This document shows, one piece after another, positions 48,324 to 56,641 of a stretch of 64,000 bases of DNA (the stretch's first letter is position 1; every line of letters begins with the position of its first letter). The notes beneath the pieces are model-generated. The model worked only from the letters and a program-made list of their open reading frames with translations. It made no database searches and was not told where the DNA came from. The stretch spans positions 186,001-250,000 of IMG/VR virus record IMGVR_UViG_3300042367_000228, one strand, 5' to 3'. A program made the translations under genes and the position numbers.

Positions 48324-48536
48324 TTAAGTCCAAACCAATCTTGCTATTGTAGCTTGCTTTGGATCTTTAAATTGAAATATTATTATGTGAGTAGTGTCTG
48401 TTCGTCCACAATGATATTTATAATCAACTTCGTGTACTAAATTGCGTTCCTTGCACCATTTTGATATTTCAAATGCTCTTTTTACATCCCCTGTAAATGT
48501 AGCAAATCCTTCTGCATGTGCGTAATCTGTATTCAT
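48324..48536 (-). CDS. Small hypothetical protein (C-terminal F..L.W family)
   Basis: AAGG RBS; ends FKDPKQATIARLVWT. Confidence 0.6.
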   Translation of the reverse strand: MNTDYAHAEGFATFTGDVKRAFEISKWCKERNLVHEVDYKYHCGRTDTTHIIIFQFKDPKQATIARLVWT

Positions 48537-48555
48537 AGTTACCTTATGTGTTTAT

Positions 48556-48679
48556 CAGAATGCATTTTATTTACCAGTGCGTCTACTCTTTCGCCAAATG
48601 CAATATTGCATTGCAGGACTTGCACCTGCACATCGTTAGATACCGGTTTCCATTAAATTATGATGCAGTTAGCATTCTA
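48556..48679 (-). ncRNA. YrlA-like RNA (permuted class II/Leu-like tRNA domain)
   Basis: TAGAATGC-TA-ACTGCAT; ACCGG/CTGGT stem; short variable hairpin; GCAGG-TGCAAGT-CCTGC; AATGCAA/TTGCATT; GGCGAAAGAGTAGACGC D arm; GCATTCTG. Confidence 0.8.
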
Positions 48680-48686
48680 AATATAG

Positions 48687-48805
48687 CAGGATCCGTTTAA
48701 TATACGCGCTCTAACCGTTAAGCTAACTGTTATTACTAACAGTGTAGGATTCGAACCTACATCACGTGCTTCAAATGCAAATTATTTTATGCTGTTTAGA
48801 TCCTA
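48687..48805 (-). ncRNA. YrlA-like RNA (permuted tRNA domain)
   Basis: TAGGATCT-AA-ACAGCAT; GTAGG-TTCGAAT-CCTAC; ACTGTTA-GTAA-TAACAGT; TA-GCTT-AACGGTTA-GAGC; GGATCCTG. Confidence 0.82.
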
Positions 48806-48818
48806 AAACTTTTAAAAC

Positions 48819-49061
48819 TTATTAAAAAGAACCTTGTAAAGTTTTGGTTTCATCGAGCTGATGCGGTCAACGTTTTACAGACGCCCTTTACTAGTTCCGC
48901 CAACATGACTACCATAGTAACTAGAATCAAAGCACTGTAATTGCCTGAAACTCTCACTCATTACAACTTGCAGTCTATAACTACCCACTGTGCCCCTTCC
49001 GGAGAACACGTTGTGCTTGCTTGCGCAAAAGTTTTTTCAGTAGTTGGGTTCTTTTTAATAA
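48819..49061 (-). ncRNA. Unknown ~240-nt structured RNA
   Basis: Perfect 15-bp terminal stem TTATTAAAAAGAACC/GGTTCTTTTTAATAA around a GC-richer ORF-free core. Confidence 0.55.
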
Positions 49062-49070
49062 ACTTTTTAA

Positions 49071-49147
49071 CAGGTTCCACATAGTGTTACAAATATGTAC
49101 GGAACATCTTTTCCGCACTTCTGCAATGTATTGCTGTAGGAAACCTA
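49071..49147 (-). ncRNA. Y-like RNA with single-hairpin payload
   Basis: TAGGTTTC-CT-ACAGCAA..GTGCGGAA/TTCCGTAC..GGAACCTG. Confidence 0.68.
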
Positions 49148-49160
49148 AAAAACTATTTAA

Positions 49161-49215
49161 CAGAATGTATTTTAGTCATATTCAAAAATGATGTTAAGTT
49201 GCTGTTAACATTCTA
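49161..49215 (-). ncRNA. Short Y-like RNA (possible Gln(UUG)-like loop)
   Basis: TAGAATGT-TA-ACAGCAA..TCAT-TTTTGAAT-ATGA..ACATTCTG. Confidence 0.65.
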
Positions 49216-49220
49216 AAACT

Positions 49221-49249
49221 ATTGTACTACGTAACTAACTGCTTGTCAA
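49221..49249 (-). promoter_or_regulatory. sigma70-type promoter starting at the first base of a Y-like RNA
   Basis: TTGACA-17 nt-TACAAT; predicted +1 falls at ~49214. Confidence 0.75.
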
Positions 49250-49282
49250 CACTTTTTTTTTAATTTTTTTAAGGAGTTTTAA

Positions 49283-49396
49283 CAGGTTTCACAATTTTGA
49301 TCAATTACTCTACCAACTGAGCTAATGTTACAAGTAACATGCAGGAATCGAACCTGCGACACACTGAGATATTAAATTGTTGCTGTAGGAAACCTA
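49283..49396 (-). ncRNA. YrlA-like RNA (permuted tRNA domain, Lys/Asn-like arms)
   Basis: TAGGTTTC-CT-ACAGCAA; TCAGT/ATTGA; GCAGG-TTCGATT-CCTGC; ATGTTAC/GTAACAT; TA-GCTC-AGTTGGTA-GAGT; GAAACCTG. Confidence 0.85.
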
Positions 49397-49407
49397 TTTT
49401 CTTTTTG

Positions 49408-49713
49408 CTAATCTCTTAGGATAGCTAATACTTCATCTTCACGCATAATGATAACTTCATCATCATGTAATTTAATAGGCTCTCCAGCGTGCTTTCCGTA
49501 TAACACTTTATCGCCAATTGCAACTTTTATTTCTCGGAACTGACCATTATCCATATGTTTCCCTGTTCCTATTGCTAGTACTGTTCCAATTACAGATTTC
49601 TCTTTTGAAACAGGTGCAATTAAAATACCACCTTCCGTTATACTTTCTGCAGGATCTTGTCTTACAACAATACGATCGTGCAAAGGAATTACGTTTTCTT
49701 GTGTTACTGCCAT
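49408..49713 (-). CDS. groES: Co-chaperonin GroES
   Basis: PLHDRIVV, TEGGILI, GTVLAIGTG, VAIGDKVLYGK, IMREDEVLAI. Confidence 0.92.
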   Translation of the reverse strand: MAVTQENVIPLHDRIVVRQDPAESITEGGILIAPVSKEKSVIGTVLAIGTGKHMDNGQFREIKVAIGDKVLYGKHAGEPIKLHDDEVIIMREDEVLAILRD

Positions 49714-50038
49714 GTTGTGTACCTTTGTTGTTTAGTATGTGCATATTATACACTAATAAAATTGTTTGTCAAGTGTTTTTTATTCTTTTGGATATAACAT
49801 TTCACCAATAAGTAAACAACCAAACGATAATATTAAGTAATCAATAGGTGACAACAGGTATCCACTATCATGTATATACATTAATAAAGTTACATAAAAC
49901 AATATACCTGCTGCTAACCCTTTATTGATCATTTCTTTAACTCATCCAGTCTTTGTATCTCCTTGAAAGCTGCAACTGTTTTAGTAATTGCAATTCCAAA
50001 TAAAGTTCCTACTGCTAACGCTATCGGTACTAGTGGCA

Positions 50039-50272
50039 TTATTTTTCTCCTTTTAGTAAATTATATAGTATTTCAAATGGATAATATATTCCAAATGCTA
50101 TAATTAAAAAGAGTGATAGTGGCCAACAAAAGAATCCTATCACAATAAAGTAGTTGCGAAACGGACTATGCTTAACAACTGGTGCATTTGATAAAATTGT
50201 AGCACACCCGGCCCCTAATATTAAGTATGAAATACTTAGCATTCCTATCACAATTACATCTGTTGATACCAT
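50039..50272 (-). CDS. Small membrane protein
   Basis: Two hydrophobic segments. Confidence 0.55.
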   Translation of the reverse strand: MVSTDVIVIGMLSISYLILGAGCATILSNAPVVKHSPFRNYFIVIGFFCWPLSLFLIIAFGIYYPFEILYNLLKGEK

Positions 50273-50424
50273 TACTTAACATCTCCACATTACTACTGGC
50301 CAAAAGACCATGCGGTGTGTCCATGACACTAAACTTCCAGCATCATCACTGTTATCAAATGACAACGTTGCAAAAAGTGCACCTGCTATGTAGTACGCTA
50401 TTGCTATCATTATTAAAAATTCCA

Positions 50425-51528
50425 TTACATTTCCTCTTGGGCTAAAAACCATGTACGTGCTACATATTTAACTCTTGTTATTACATCTTTGATTTCTAGA
50501 TGGCTAGCAACAAGTGTATCAGTTTCTTCTTTAACAACATCGTCTGCAATCCATTTTAAGAATACAGGAGTGCTTTTAGGTTCAATACTGATGTTGTTTA
50601 CTTTTAAGTATTCTAAACCTTGAGTAAGTCTAGATTCAGTAACTACTGTATCAGCAAACTCGTTAATGGAGTTAACTTTTTCTACATCAACACTTGCTAG
50701 TGTTTTAACTTTAGATGAACTGTGTTTTTCACCTTTAACTTTAAACATAAATCGTGATTGTTCATAACCAGGAGTAACACATTTCCAAACAATACCTTCA
50801 CCTACACCTTCAACACCAAAGTGTTGAGCAATTGGACATTGTTGTTCTACTGCAACAGTAAGATCCGCAAGCTTGTTTTGCGCAAGCTCAGGTTCGTTAA
50901 AGTTGATATCCATTGTGTATGTTTGGAAGTCATAAATTGTAAATAAATTTTCAGGCCATGCTTCGGTATTAAAACCTGCAATTTCTTTAGCATACGCAAT
51001 AGTATGCTTAAACTCAGTTGGAGTAAAATAAACGCGTTGAACATCTTCGTCTTCATTTTTACCAGCTGACCATGCAACAATGCCAAAGATAATAAACATT
51101 TTAGGAACATTACTAATTCCTACACCTTTTTGAACACCTTGCCCGCACCATTCGCCAAAGATAGAATAATGTGTTAAGTTGTAATCAACTTTGTGATGTG
51201 CAGCTGAAGTTAATAAGTTAATAAACGTTTCTTTATGTTGTTGTGCATATTTTGCCCAACCATAATTGTCATCATCTATTGTTAAAATACGTTCACGTGA
51301 TTGCGCCCAAAATTCATTATATTTAGGAAACTCGCAAGCAACGCTAGCATTAGTGCCATGTGCCTTAACAGAACCTTCAAACGTTAAAGTTGGCATAGGT
51401 GCAAATGGATCAAAGGTTGGTGCACCATTGTCATCTAACCCTTTAAAGGTAGCACGACTTTTAACTTCTCTAACTACTTGTCTAAATTGATTAATGCTGG
51501 GCCATGATTTGTGTACTTGTTTTGACAT
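50425..51528 (-). CDS. RNA ligase, Rnl2 family
   Basis: KAHGTN (motif I), QSR, FGEWCG (III), FG (IIIa), EGIVW (IV), FKVK (V) plus C-terminal Rnl2 domain. Confidence 0.85.
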   Translation of the reverse strand: MSKQVHKSWPSINQFRQVVREVKSRATFKGLDDNGAPTFDPFAPMPTLTFEGSVKAHGTNASVACEFPKYNEFWAQSRERILTIDDDNYGWAKYAQQHKETFINLLTSAAHHKVDYNLTHYSIFGEWCGQGVQKGVGISNVPKMFIIFGIVAWSAGKNEDEDVQRVYFTPTEFKHTIAYAKEIAGFNTEAWPENLFTIYDFQTYTMDINFNEPELAQNKLADLTVAVEQQCPIAQHFGVEGVGEGIVWKCVTPGYEQSRFMFKVKGEKHSSSKVKTLASVDVEKVNSINEFADTVVTESRLTQGLEYLKVNNISIEPKSTPVFLKWIADDVVKEETDTLVASHLEIKDVITRVKYVARTWFLAQEEM

Positions 51529-51585
51529 TGCGTACTCCTGTGTTAGTTAAATAAAAATATATTATATAATAAGTGTTAGCACTTG

Positions 51586-51807
51586 TCAAACTTTATTAAC
51601 AAGTAATTGTGCCGCATCACTTTTCCTTAGTGTTAATGAAAACCCACGTAGCTTAATTTCAATCGGATCTCCTAATGGCGCAACTCTAACTACTTGTACT
51701 TCTGTATTACGAGTAAGTCCCATGGCTAGTAGTTGCTTACGAGATGTTTTGCCTACATATCCAGTAACAACACCAACTTCATTAACCTTTAAGAGATCTA
51801 GTGTCAT
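51586..51807 (-). CDS. feoA: FeoA ferrous iron transport protein A
   Basis: LLAMGL..V.VVRVAPLGDPIEI..RG..L.LRK.DA. Confidence 0.9.
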   Translation of the reverse strand: MTLDLLKVNEVGVVTGYVGKTSRKQLLAMGLTRNTEVQVVRVAPLGDPIEIKLRGFSLTLRKSDAAQLLVNKV

Positions 51808-52451
51808 TAGTGTAATTGTGAAATACGTGTTTCGTTAATGTTAATATGTTCTAGATTGTCAAAGTATCCAGTCCATGGCAGATAGCTAAAGTTAATAGAT
51901 TGGCCATCTGAAGTATGTAAATACATTTTAATTTTCCCATGGGAGGTACCTTCATCTGGAATAAACTCATAAGTAACATTGTGCGGCTGATTAACTTCGC
52001 TAATAAGTTTTTCAGCTTGGTACTTAGTTATGCGCCATGCAGATACAATTTTATCATAATATCCCGAAGCTTCTAAAAACGATTCTAATTCAGCTGCTGA
52101 TTTATAATCTTTAAATACAGCAATTGGTTCAGATGAACCGCAATGTGCTGATCCAAATGAATTTCCAGTGGACCACTCAACCCATACTACAATCACGTCA
52201 TCGCCTGCTCTAACATCTAATGTTGTAACGATGTCCGGCATATGATCAGTAAGTTTTACAGTAGATAACATGTTTATATAAGATTCACTCCACTCACCAA
52301 ATTCTTCTTCAGACTGATAATGGTTAGTACAAGTTCTGTTAATCTCAATACTTAAACCAATATTAACTGGTTTGTCTTCAATTTTATGAATATCATAATC
52401 ATCTAATGATGGATCAATATATTCTTCGTGTTCGCCTGTGTACGCTGTCAT
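51807..52451 (-). CDS. Hypothetical protein
   Basis: GAGG RBS before ATG 52451; WSTGNSFG..PWTGYFD. Confidence 0.65.
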   Translation of the reverse strand: MTAYTGEHEEYIDPSLDDYDIHKIEDKPVNIGLSIEINRTCTNHYQSEEEFGEWSESYINMLSTVKLTDHMPDIVTTLDVRAGDDVIVVWVEWSTGNSFGSAHCGSSEPIAVFKDYKSAAELESFLEASGYYDKIVSAWRITKYQAEKLISEVNQPHNVTYEFIPDEGTSHGKIKMYLHTSDGQSINFSYLPWTGYFDNLEHININETRISQLH

Positions 52452-52669
52452 ACTTGCCTCTCTATAAAATTGTGTTGTGGTATTGAAAACCAATCTTTGC
52501 TGCAATAGCATTTTGGATTTATAGTTTGTCCTTGTGTTGGTATCGGCTGATTTGGCATATAATCAAATGCATCTCCGTACTGGTCTGAAAAACCTAACTC
52601 TCTATTAGTAATTGCAACTAAATGTCCTGAAGGACAAAATATAAAAGTACTACGAGGAACATATTTCAT
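52448..52669 (-). CDS. Small zinc-binding hypothetical protein
   Basis: CPSGH...CYC; overlaps both neighbours by ATGA. Confidence 0.55.
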   Translation of the reverse strand: MKYVPRSTFIFCPSGHLVAITNRELGFSDQYGDAFDYMPNQPIPTQGQTINPKCYCSKDWFSIPQHNFIERQV

Positions 52670-53112
52670 TCAAGTCTCACAATAACTACATCTCTATCAA
52701 TTGACCATTCAGAAAGAATTCGCATTATCTTAATTGGATCGCCACCTGCTAATCCGCAACCTATCATTGGAAATCCAAACTTAGTTTCTTTAGGAAAGTG
52801 TTTTCCTATATTATGTAATACATCTTCAAATGCTTGGTAATCAAATGGGGGACCAAATTTTTGTCCGTAATGATACTGTGTATAAGCATTAACTACTTTA
52901 CAACAAGGAGTTTCTGCAACAGTGAATGTTCCGAGCTTGGCTTTGTCAGCCATGTTAGTAGCACGATCAACTTCTGCAACTTGTGGCCATCGTATTGCAA
53001 GTTGTTTAGCAATACCTGCGCCCATTGTATTAAAACAATTACAACCATGCACAATAACATCAAATCGTTCTTGCAATGCTAGTTGTATTAAATCGCCATT
53101 TATTACTCTCAT
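52666..53112 (-). CDS. Macro domain protein (ADP-ribose binding/hydrolase)
   Basis: GDL, VHGCNC..MGAGIA, FPMIGCGLAGG. Confidence 0.88.
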   Translation of the reverse strand: MRVINGDLIQLALQERFDVIVHGCNCFNTMGAGIAKQLAIRWPQVAEVDRATNMADKAKLGTFTVAETPCCKVVNAYTQYHYGQKFGPPFDYQAFEDVLHNIGKHFPKETKFGFPMIGCGLAGGDPIKIMRILSEWSIDRDVVIVRLE

Positions 53113-53345
53113 AATTCCTCACATACATAAAAAGATTCAGGGGAATCAACTTCCCCTTCATTGTCCTCTAAGTAAAAATCATATAAGTCATATTCTAATT
53201 CCGGAATATGTTCTTTCTTAGGTTGATGTACTCCTCCTTTACCTAATATAGGCGCAGGATTATGTCCTCTTATGTAATGCGCTTTCATGATAACTCCTTA
53301 TGTAAATAATATTTTTGCGTATTATATAATGTACTTATAATAAAG

Positions 53346-54023
53346 TCAAGGTTTAAGTTTGCAATTATTTCCGTGATATCGTTTCATGCCATTAGATTTT
53401 CCTAATTTATTGCAATAAGGGCATATAATTATCTCCATCGGCGATGTTTGAAAAACTTTACCTTTTCTTACAGCACTCATTTTATTGCGAGTCTCTATAG
53501 ATGGAGATTTGCCTTTATTAGGAGGTATCCTTCCTTTATTTGAATTGCTGATTTTAGATTTGTGTTCTTCTGATAAAGGTTTTCCTTTTTTAGCTACAGA
53601 TAATTTAGATTTATACTCTATAGACATGTTTTCTTTAGCTTTACTAATTTTACTTCGAGTTTCGGATGTATGAGTTTTTCCTGTATTTGCTATAGCAATT
53701 TTAGATTTGTGTTCTTCTGATAAAGGTTTTCCTTTATGCATTACACTAACTGCTTTAGCAAATTCTTTTCTAATCCAACCATAACTTTTATTAGTAGCGC
53801 GACCAACTGACATCATATGTGCTGCTTTAATTAATTTATGATTATTTGGATATATCTTTATAAGTACTTGATGTGCTACATAATGAGCTTCAGGTGTTAA
53901 CTTTACTATATTAGTTGCATGATTAGTACCTCCCATACATTTGGGAATGATATGATGCTTTTCTGTATAATCTGCAATCATATCTTTTGCAGTTAATTGT
54001 TCGTATATTTTTTGATAATTCAT
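53346..54023 (-). CDS. HNH homing endonuclease with NUMOD3 repeats
   Basis: EKHHIIPKCMGG.N...N...LT..AH..AH; repeated KGKPLSEEHKSKI. Confidence 0.88.
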   Translation of the reverse strand: MNYQKIYEQLTAKDMIADYTEKHHIIPKCMGGTNHATNIVKLTPEAHYVAHQVLIKIYPNNHKLIKAAHMMSVGRATNKSYGWIRKEFAKAVSVMHKGKPLSEEHKSKIAIANTGKTHTSETRSKISKAKENMSIEYKSKLSVAKKGKPLSEEHKSKISNSNKGRIPPNKGKSPSIETRNKMSAVRKGKVFQTSPMEIIICPYCNKLGKSNGMKRYHGNNCKLKP

Positions 54024-54154
54024 TTAAATTCCATTTAAGTATAAAAGGCTAAAGCCTAAAACATTCAAAGCTCATATTCACTAACGTTCATATTCACTTA
54101 TCATGTTTTTATTTTATTTCTTTTTTAATAATGAATAATTATGAATGCTTTTTA

Positions 54155-54555
54155 TATTCATGTAGATTCTTTGTGTCAATATGATACCTAAAACCGGTAT
54201 CATAAGAAAGGTTTTCATGTGAGTTCCTCTTAGCCTTTTTTTAGATAACGGGTATTTTGTTGTGAATTCTGTTGTTTGGCTCTGTCCTTACCATTCCCGC
54301 GACTATTTTTAAGAGCACCTCGTATCATTGTGCTCATACAACATTTAATGAATTCTGTGAATATAACATTCACAACTAATATCACTATTAGTTAACCTAT
54401 TCCAACTACACTAACGTTATCAGTCAAAGGACTGTCGTTTTAAGGCATCTCTAAGAGGTAGAGTGTAGAGGCCTGACTATAGCAATCAGAACTAGCTACC
54501 ATCACACATCAGAATGGATTCACTAACGGTATTACGATTGGCCCGTCAACCTTAA
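54155..54555 (-). ncRNA. Candidate large structured ncRNA (~400 nt)
   Basis: ORF-free, many hairpins, promoter-like ATGACT-17-TATACT at ~54571-54599. Confidence 0.45.
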
Positions 54556-54631
54556 GCTATAATTTCAACTAGTATACACTCACTGTTTTCAAAAGTCATC
54601 TTTCATTTTACCAAACGATAAATATATTACT

Positions 54632-55021
54632 ATGAAAATACATGAATTATTAGAAAACCACCATGGCTCGTTAGCACGGGATAACGGTGATGTAATCACA
54701 ATCGGTGATGCAAGAATTGATATCGATACTAAAGCACAGTTTTCACCAAGACCACAATCTGTTATTGAATTCTTAGTTCCTAAAGAATTACGCGGACAAG
54801 GAATCGGAACACAGTTACTAACAAAAGCTGTAGCAAAGTATCCAATGTTAGGCGGACAAGTAAGCTCTATAGCATCGTTAAAAGTATTTTGGAATTTAGG
54901 GTTTAGAAATCCAAGAATGCCAGAAGCATCGTTTCAAGATCATGCTGATAGAATGAATGAATACAGTTCAGTGTTTATGGCACGTACTAACGAACACGGA
55001 GTTCCATATGAAAATACATGA
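54632..55021 (+). CDS. GNAT acetyltransferase with MKIHELLE leader
   Basis: VPKELRGQGIGTQLL acetyl-CoA motif, FWNLGF; ATAAATA upstream. Confidence 0.75.
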   Translation: MKIHELLENHHGSLARDNGDVITIGDARIDIDTKAQFSPRPQSVIEFLVPKELRGQGIGTQLLTKAVAKYPMLGGQVSSIASLKVFWNLGFRNPRMPEASFQDHADRMNEYSSVFMARTNEHGVPYENT

Positions 55022-55412
55022 AATAATCTCTGAAGAAATTAAAACAAGACTTGATGCCAAATGCTGGAAAGGCAAACATAAAGAAGGTACTAAAGTAAAA
55101 GGTGGTACTAGAGTTAACAACTGTGTGCCAAATGAATCAGTAGATGAAGCAGCAGCATGGCAAAAGAAATCAGGAAAGAACAAAAACGGTGGATTGAATG
55201 CTAAAGGTGTTGCTAGTTATCGTAAAGAACATCCTGGAAGTAAATTACAAACTGCAGTAACTACTAAACCGAGTAAACTTAAACCTGGAAGTAAAGATGC
55301 AAAACGCCGTAAAAGTTTTTGTGCAAGAATGGGCGGTATGGAAGGACCTATGAAAGACGAAAAAGGCAAACCAACTAGAAAAGCATTAGCATTGAGAAAA
55401 TGGAATTGCTAA
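55008..55412 (+). CDS. Basic conserved phage protein with MKIHEIISEE leader
   Basis: CWKG..NNCV module and GGLNAKG..RRKSFCARM..ALRKWNC module. Confidence 0.7.
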   Translation: MKIHEIISEEIKTRLDAKCWKGKHKEGTKVKGGTRVNNCVPNESVDEAAAWQKKSGKNKNGGLNAKGVASYRKEHPGSKLQTAVTTKPSKLKPGSKDAKRRKSFCARMGGMEGPMKDEKGKPTRKALALRKWNC

Positions 55413-55421
55413 ATTAAAATT

Positions 55422-56615
55422 ATGAAAATACAAGAAATTATAAGCGAAGCAATATCAGGTGCTCACTGGATACACGGATTGCACAATGGGTTAAATGATA
55501 TTTTAGAACAACCGTTAGGACTTACATTTAACTTAGAAACTATAAATGGATTTAATGCCATTGCAGTATACCTTAAAGATATGTCCGACGGCAGGATATG
55601 TAGTTTTTATGAGAAAATGCAACCTAGTGATATTATTTACATGTTAGAAGAGATAGTAAAGATAGCACATTATGTTATACAGCAGAAATATGCTAAAGTG
55701 TGCGCGGATGTAAGTGGAACAAACTTTTCTCATATTCAAATTCTACCTCAGTCTAATAATCCAGGAGCCCTCGCCTCGGCTGGTTATGACTATGTAACAT
55801 TCTATGAAACTGATAAGAATGCTTTCCAACATCGAGATATAGATATGCTAAAAGACTTGTTATATAGTACAGAAGCAATGACTGATGTTAACAGAGGATG
55901 GAGTAATGCTGAACAAAAGAATCTATATGTGCCTGTGATAACTGATATGTTTCAAATCGAACCTGCATTTAGAAATTTGAAACTAGGTGATTTTAGTTTA
56001 GCTGAATTCTTCTTAGACACTAAAAACATAGATACTATGGTTCACGAATTAGTACATATTAGACAACACGCACCTCAATCTAGATATAAAACTAAACGAG
56101 TATTTGATAAAGATACTAAACAGCACAAATTGGTTACTAAACAAGGCACTGAATTTAGAAGTAAAGTAGAGCCAAATCAAGAAAAGTTTTATAATGCAAT
56201 TAGAGATTTAGATAAGTCGCCTGAAAACTATAAAATATATAGTTCGTCGTTACAAGAAATACCAGCACATGCGCATGATGCAGCAGTTAGCGTTATACGT
56301 CATTTAGATTTTGCATGGGGCGGTTCGGTTGATGAATATGGCAGAGACGTGTCACATTTAAAATCTCAAGTAAAAGCACTTAAATTGATTATTGCTAATT
56401 TGTCTAATGGACCAACCGCGTTAAAAGATGTTTATGGTCACCCGATTAAAATTAGAAGATTTGAATATTTCAGTAAGACATTTAATCATCCTAACGATAA
56501 AAAGTTATATCCGGTATATAAAAAATTTGTAAAAATAATGAGTCAAGAATTAATCAATTATTACAATTATTGGAATGAAAAACTTATTAACCTTAGTAAA
56601 TCAAATGGTCAATAA
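55422..56615 (+). CDS. Hypothetical protein with HExxH motif and MKIQEIISE leader
   Basis: VHELVHIRQ followed by Y....QEIPAH (zincin-like). Confidence 0.65.
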   Translation: MKIQEIISEAISGAHWIHGLHNGLNDILEQPLGLTFNLETINGFNAIAVYLKDMSDGRICSFYEKMQPSDIIYMLEEIVKIAHYVIQQKYAKVCADVSGTNFSHIQILPQSNNPGALASAGYDYVTFYETDKNAFQHRDIDMLKDLLYSTEAMTDVNRGWSNAEQKNLYVPVITDMFQIEPAFRNLKLGDFSLAEFFLDTKNIDTMVHELVHIRQHAPQSRYKTKRVFDKDTKQHKLVTKQGTEFRSKVEPNQEKFYNAIRDLDKSPENYKIYSSSLQEIPAHAHDAAVSVIRHLDFAWGGSVDEYGRDVSHLKSQVKALKLIIANLSNGPTALKDVYGHPIKIRRFEYFSKTFNHPNDKKLYPVYKKFVKIMSQELINYYNYWNEKLINLSKSNGQ

Positions 56616-56638
56616 AAAAGCTGCCCTAAGGCAGCTTT
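56615..56638. terminator. Intrinsic terminator between tmRNA and convergent CDS
   Basis: AAAAAAGCTGCC-CTAA-GGCAGCTTT. Confidence 0.8.
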
Positions 56639-56641
56639 AGT

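Noticed and set aside
42567-49396. CRISPR array interpretation of the repeated stem/ACAGCA elements
   Set aside because: Repeats are not identical or regularly spaced, they covary as stems, and there are no cas genes.
48165-49396. Ordinary tRNA genes or pseudogenes at the TTCGA motifs
   Set aside because: The T arm precedes the D arm, the acceptor stem is a closed hairpin, and there is no anticodon loop or CCA.
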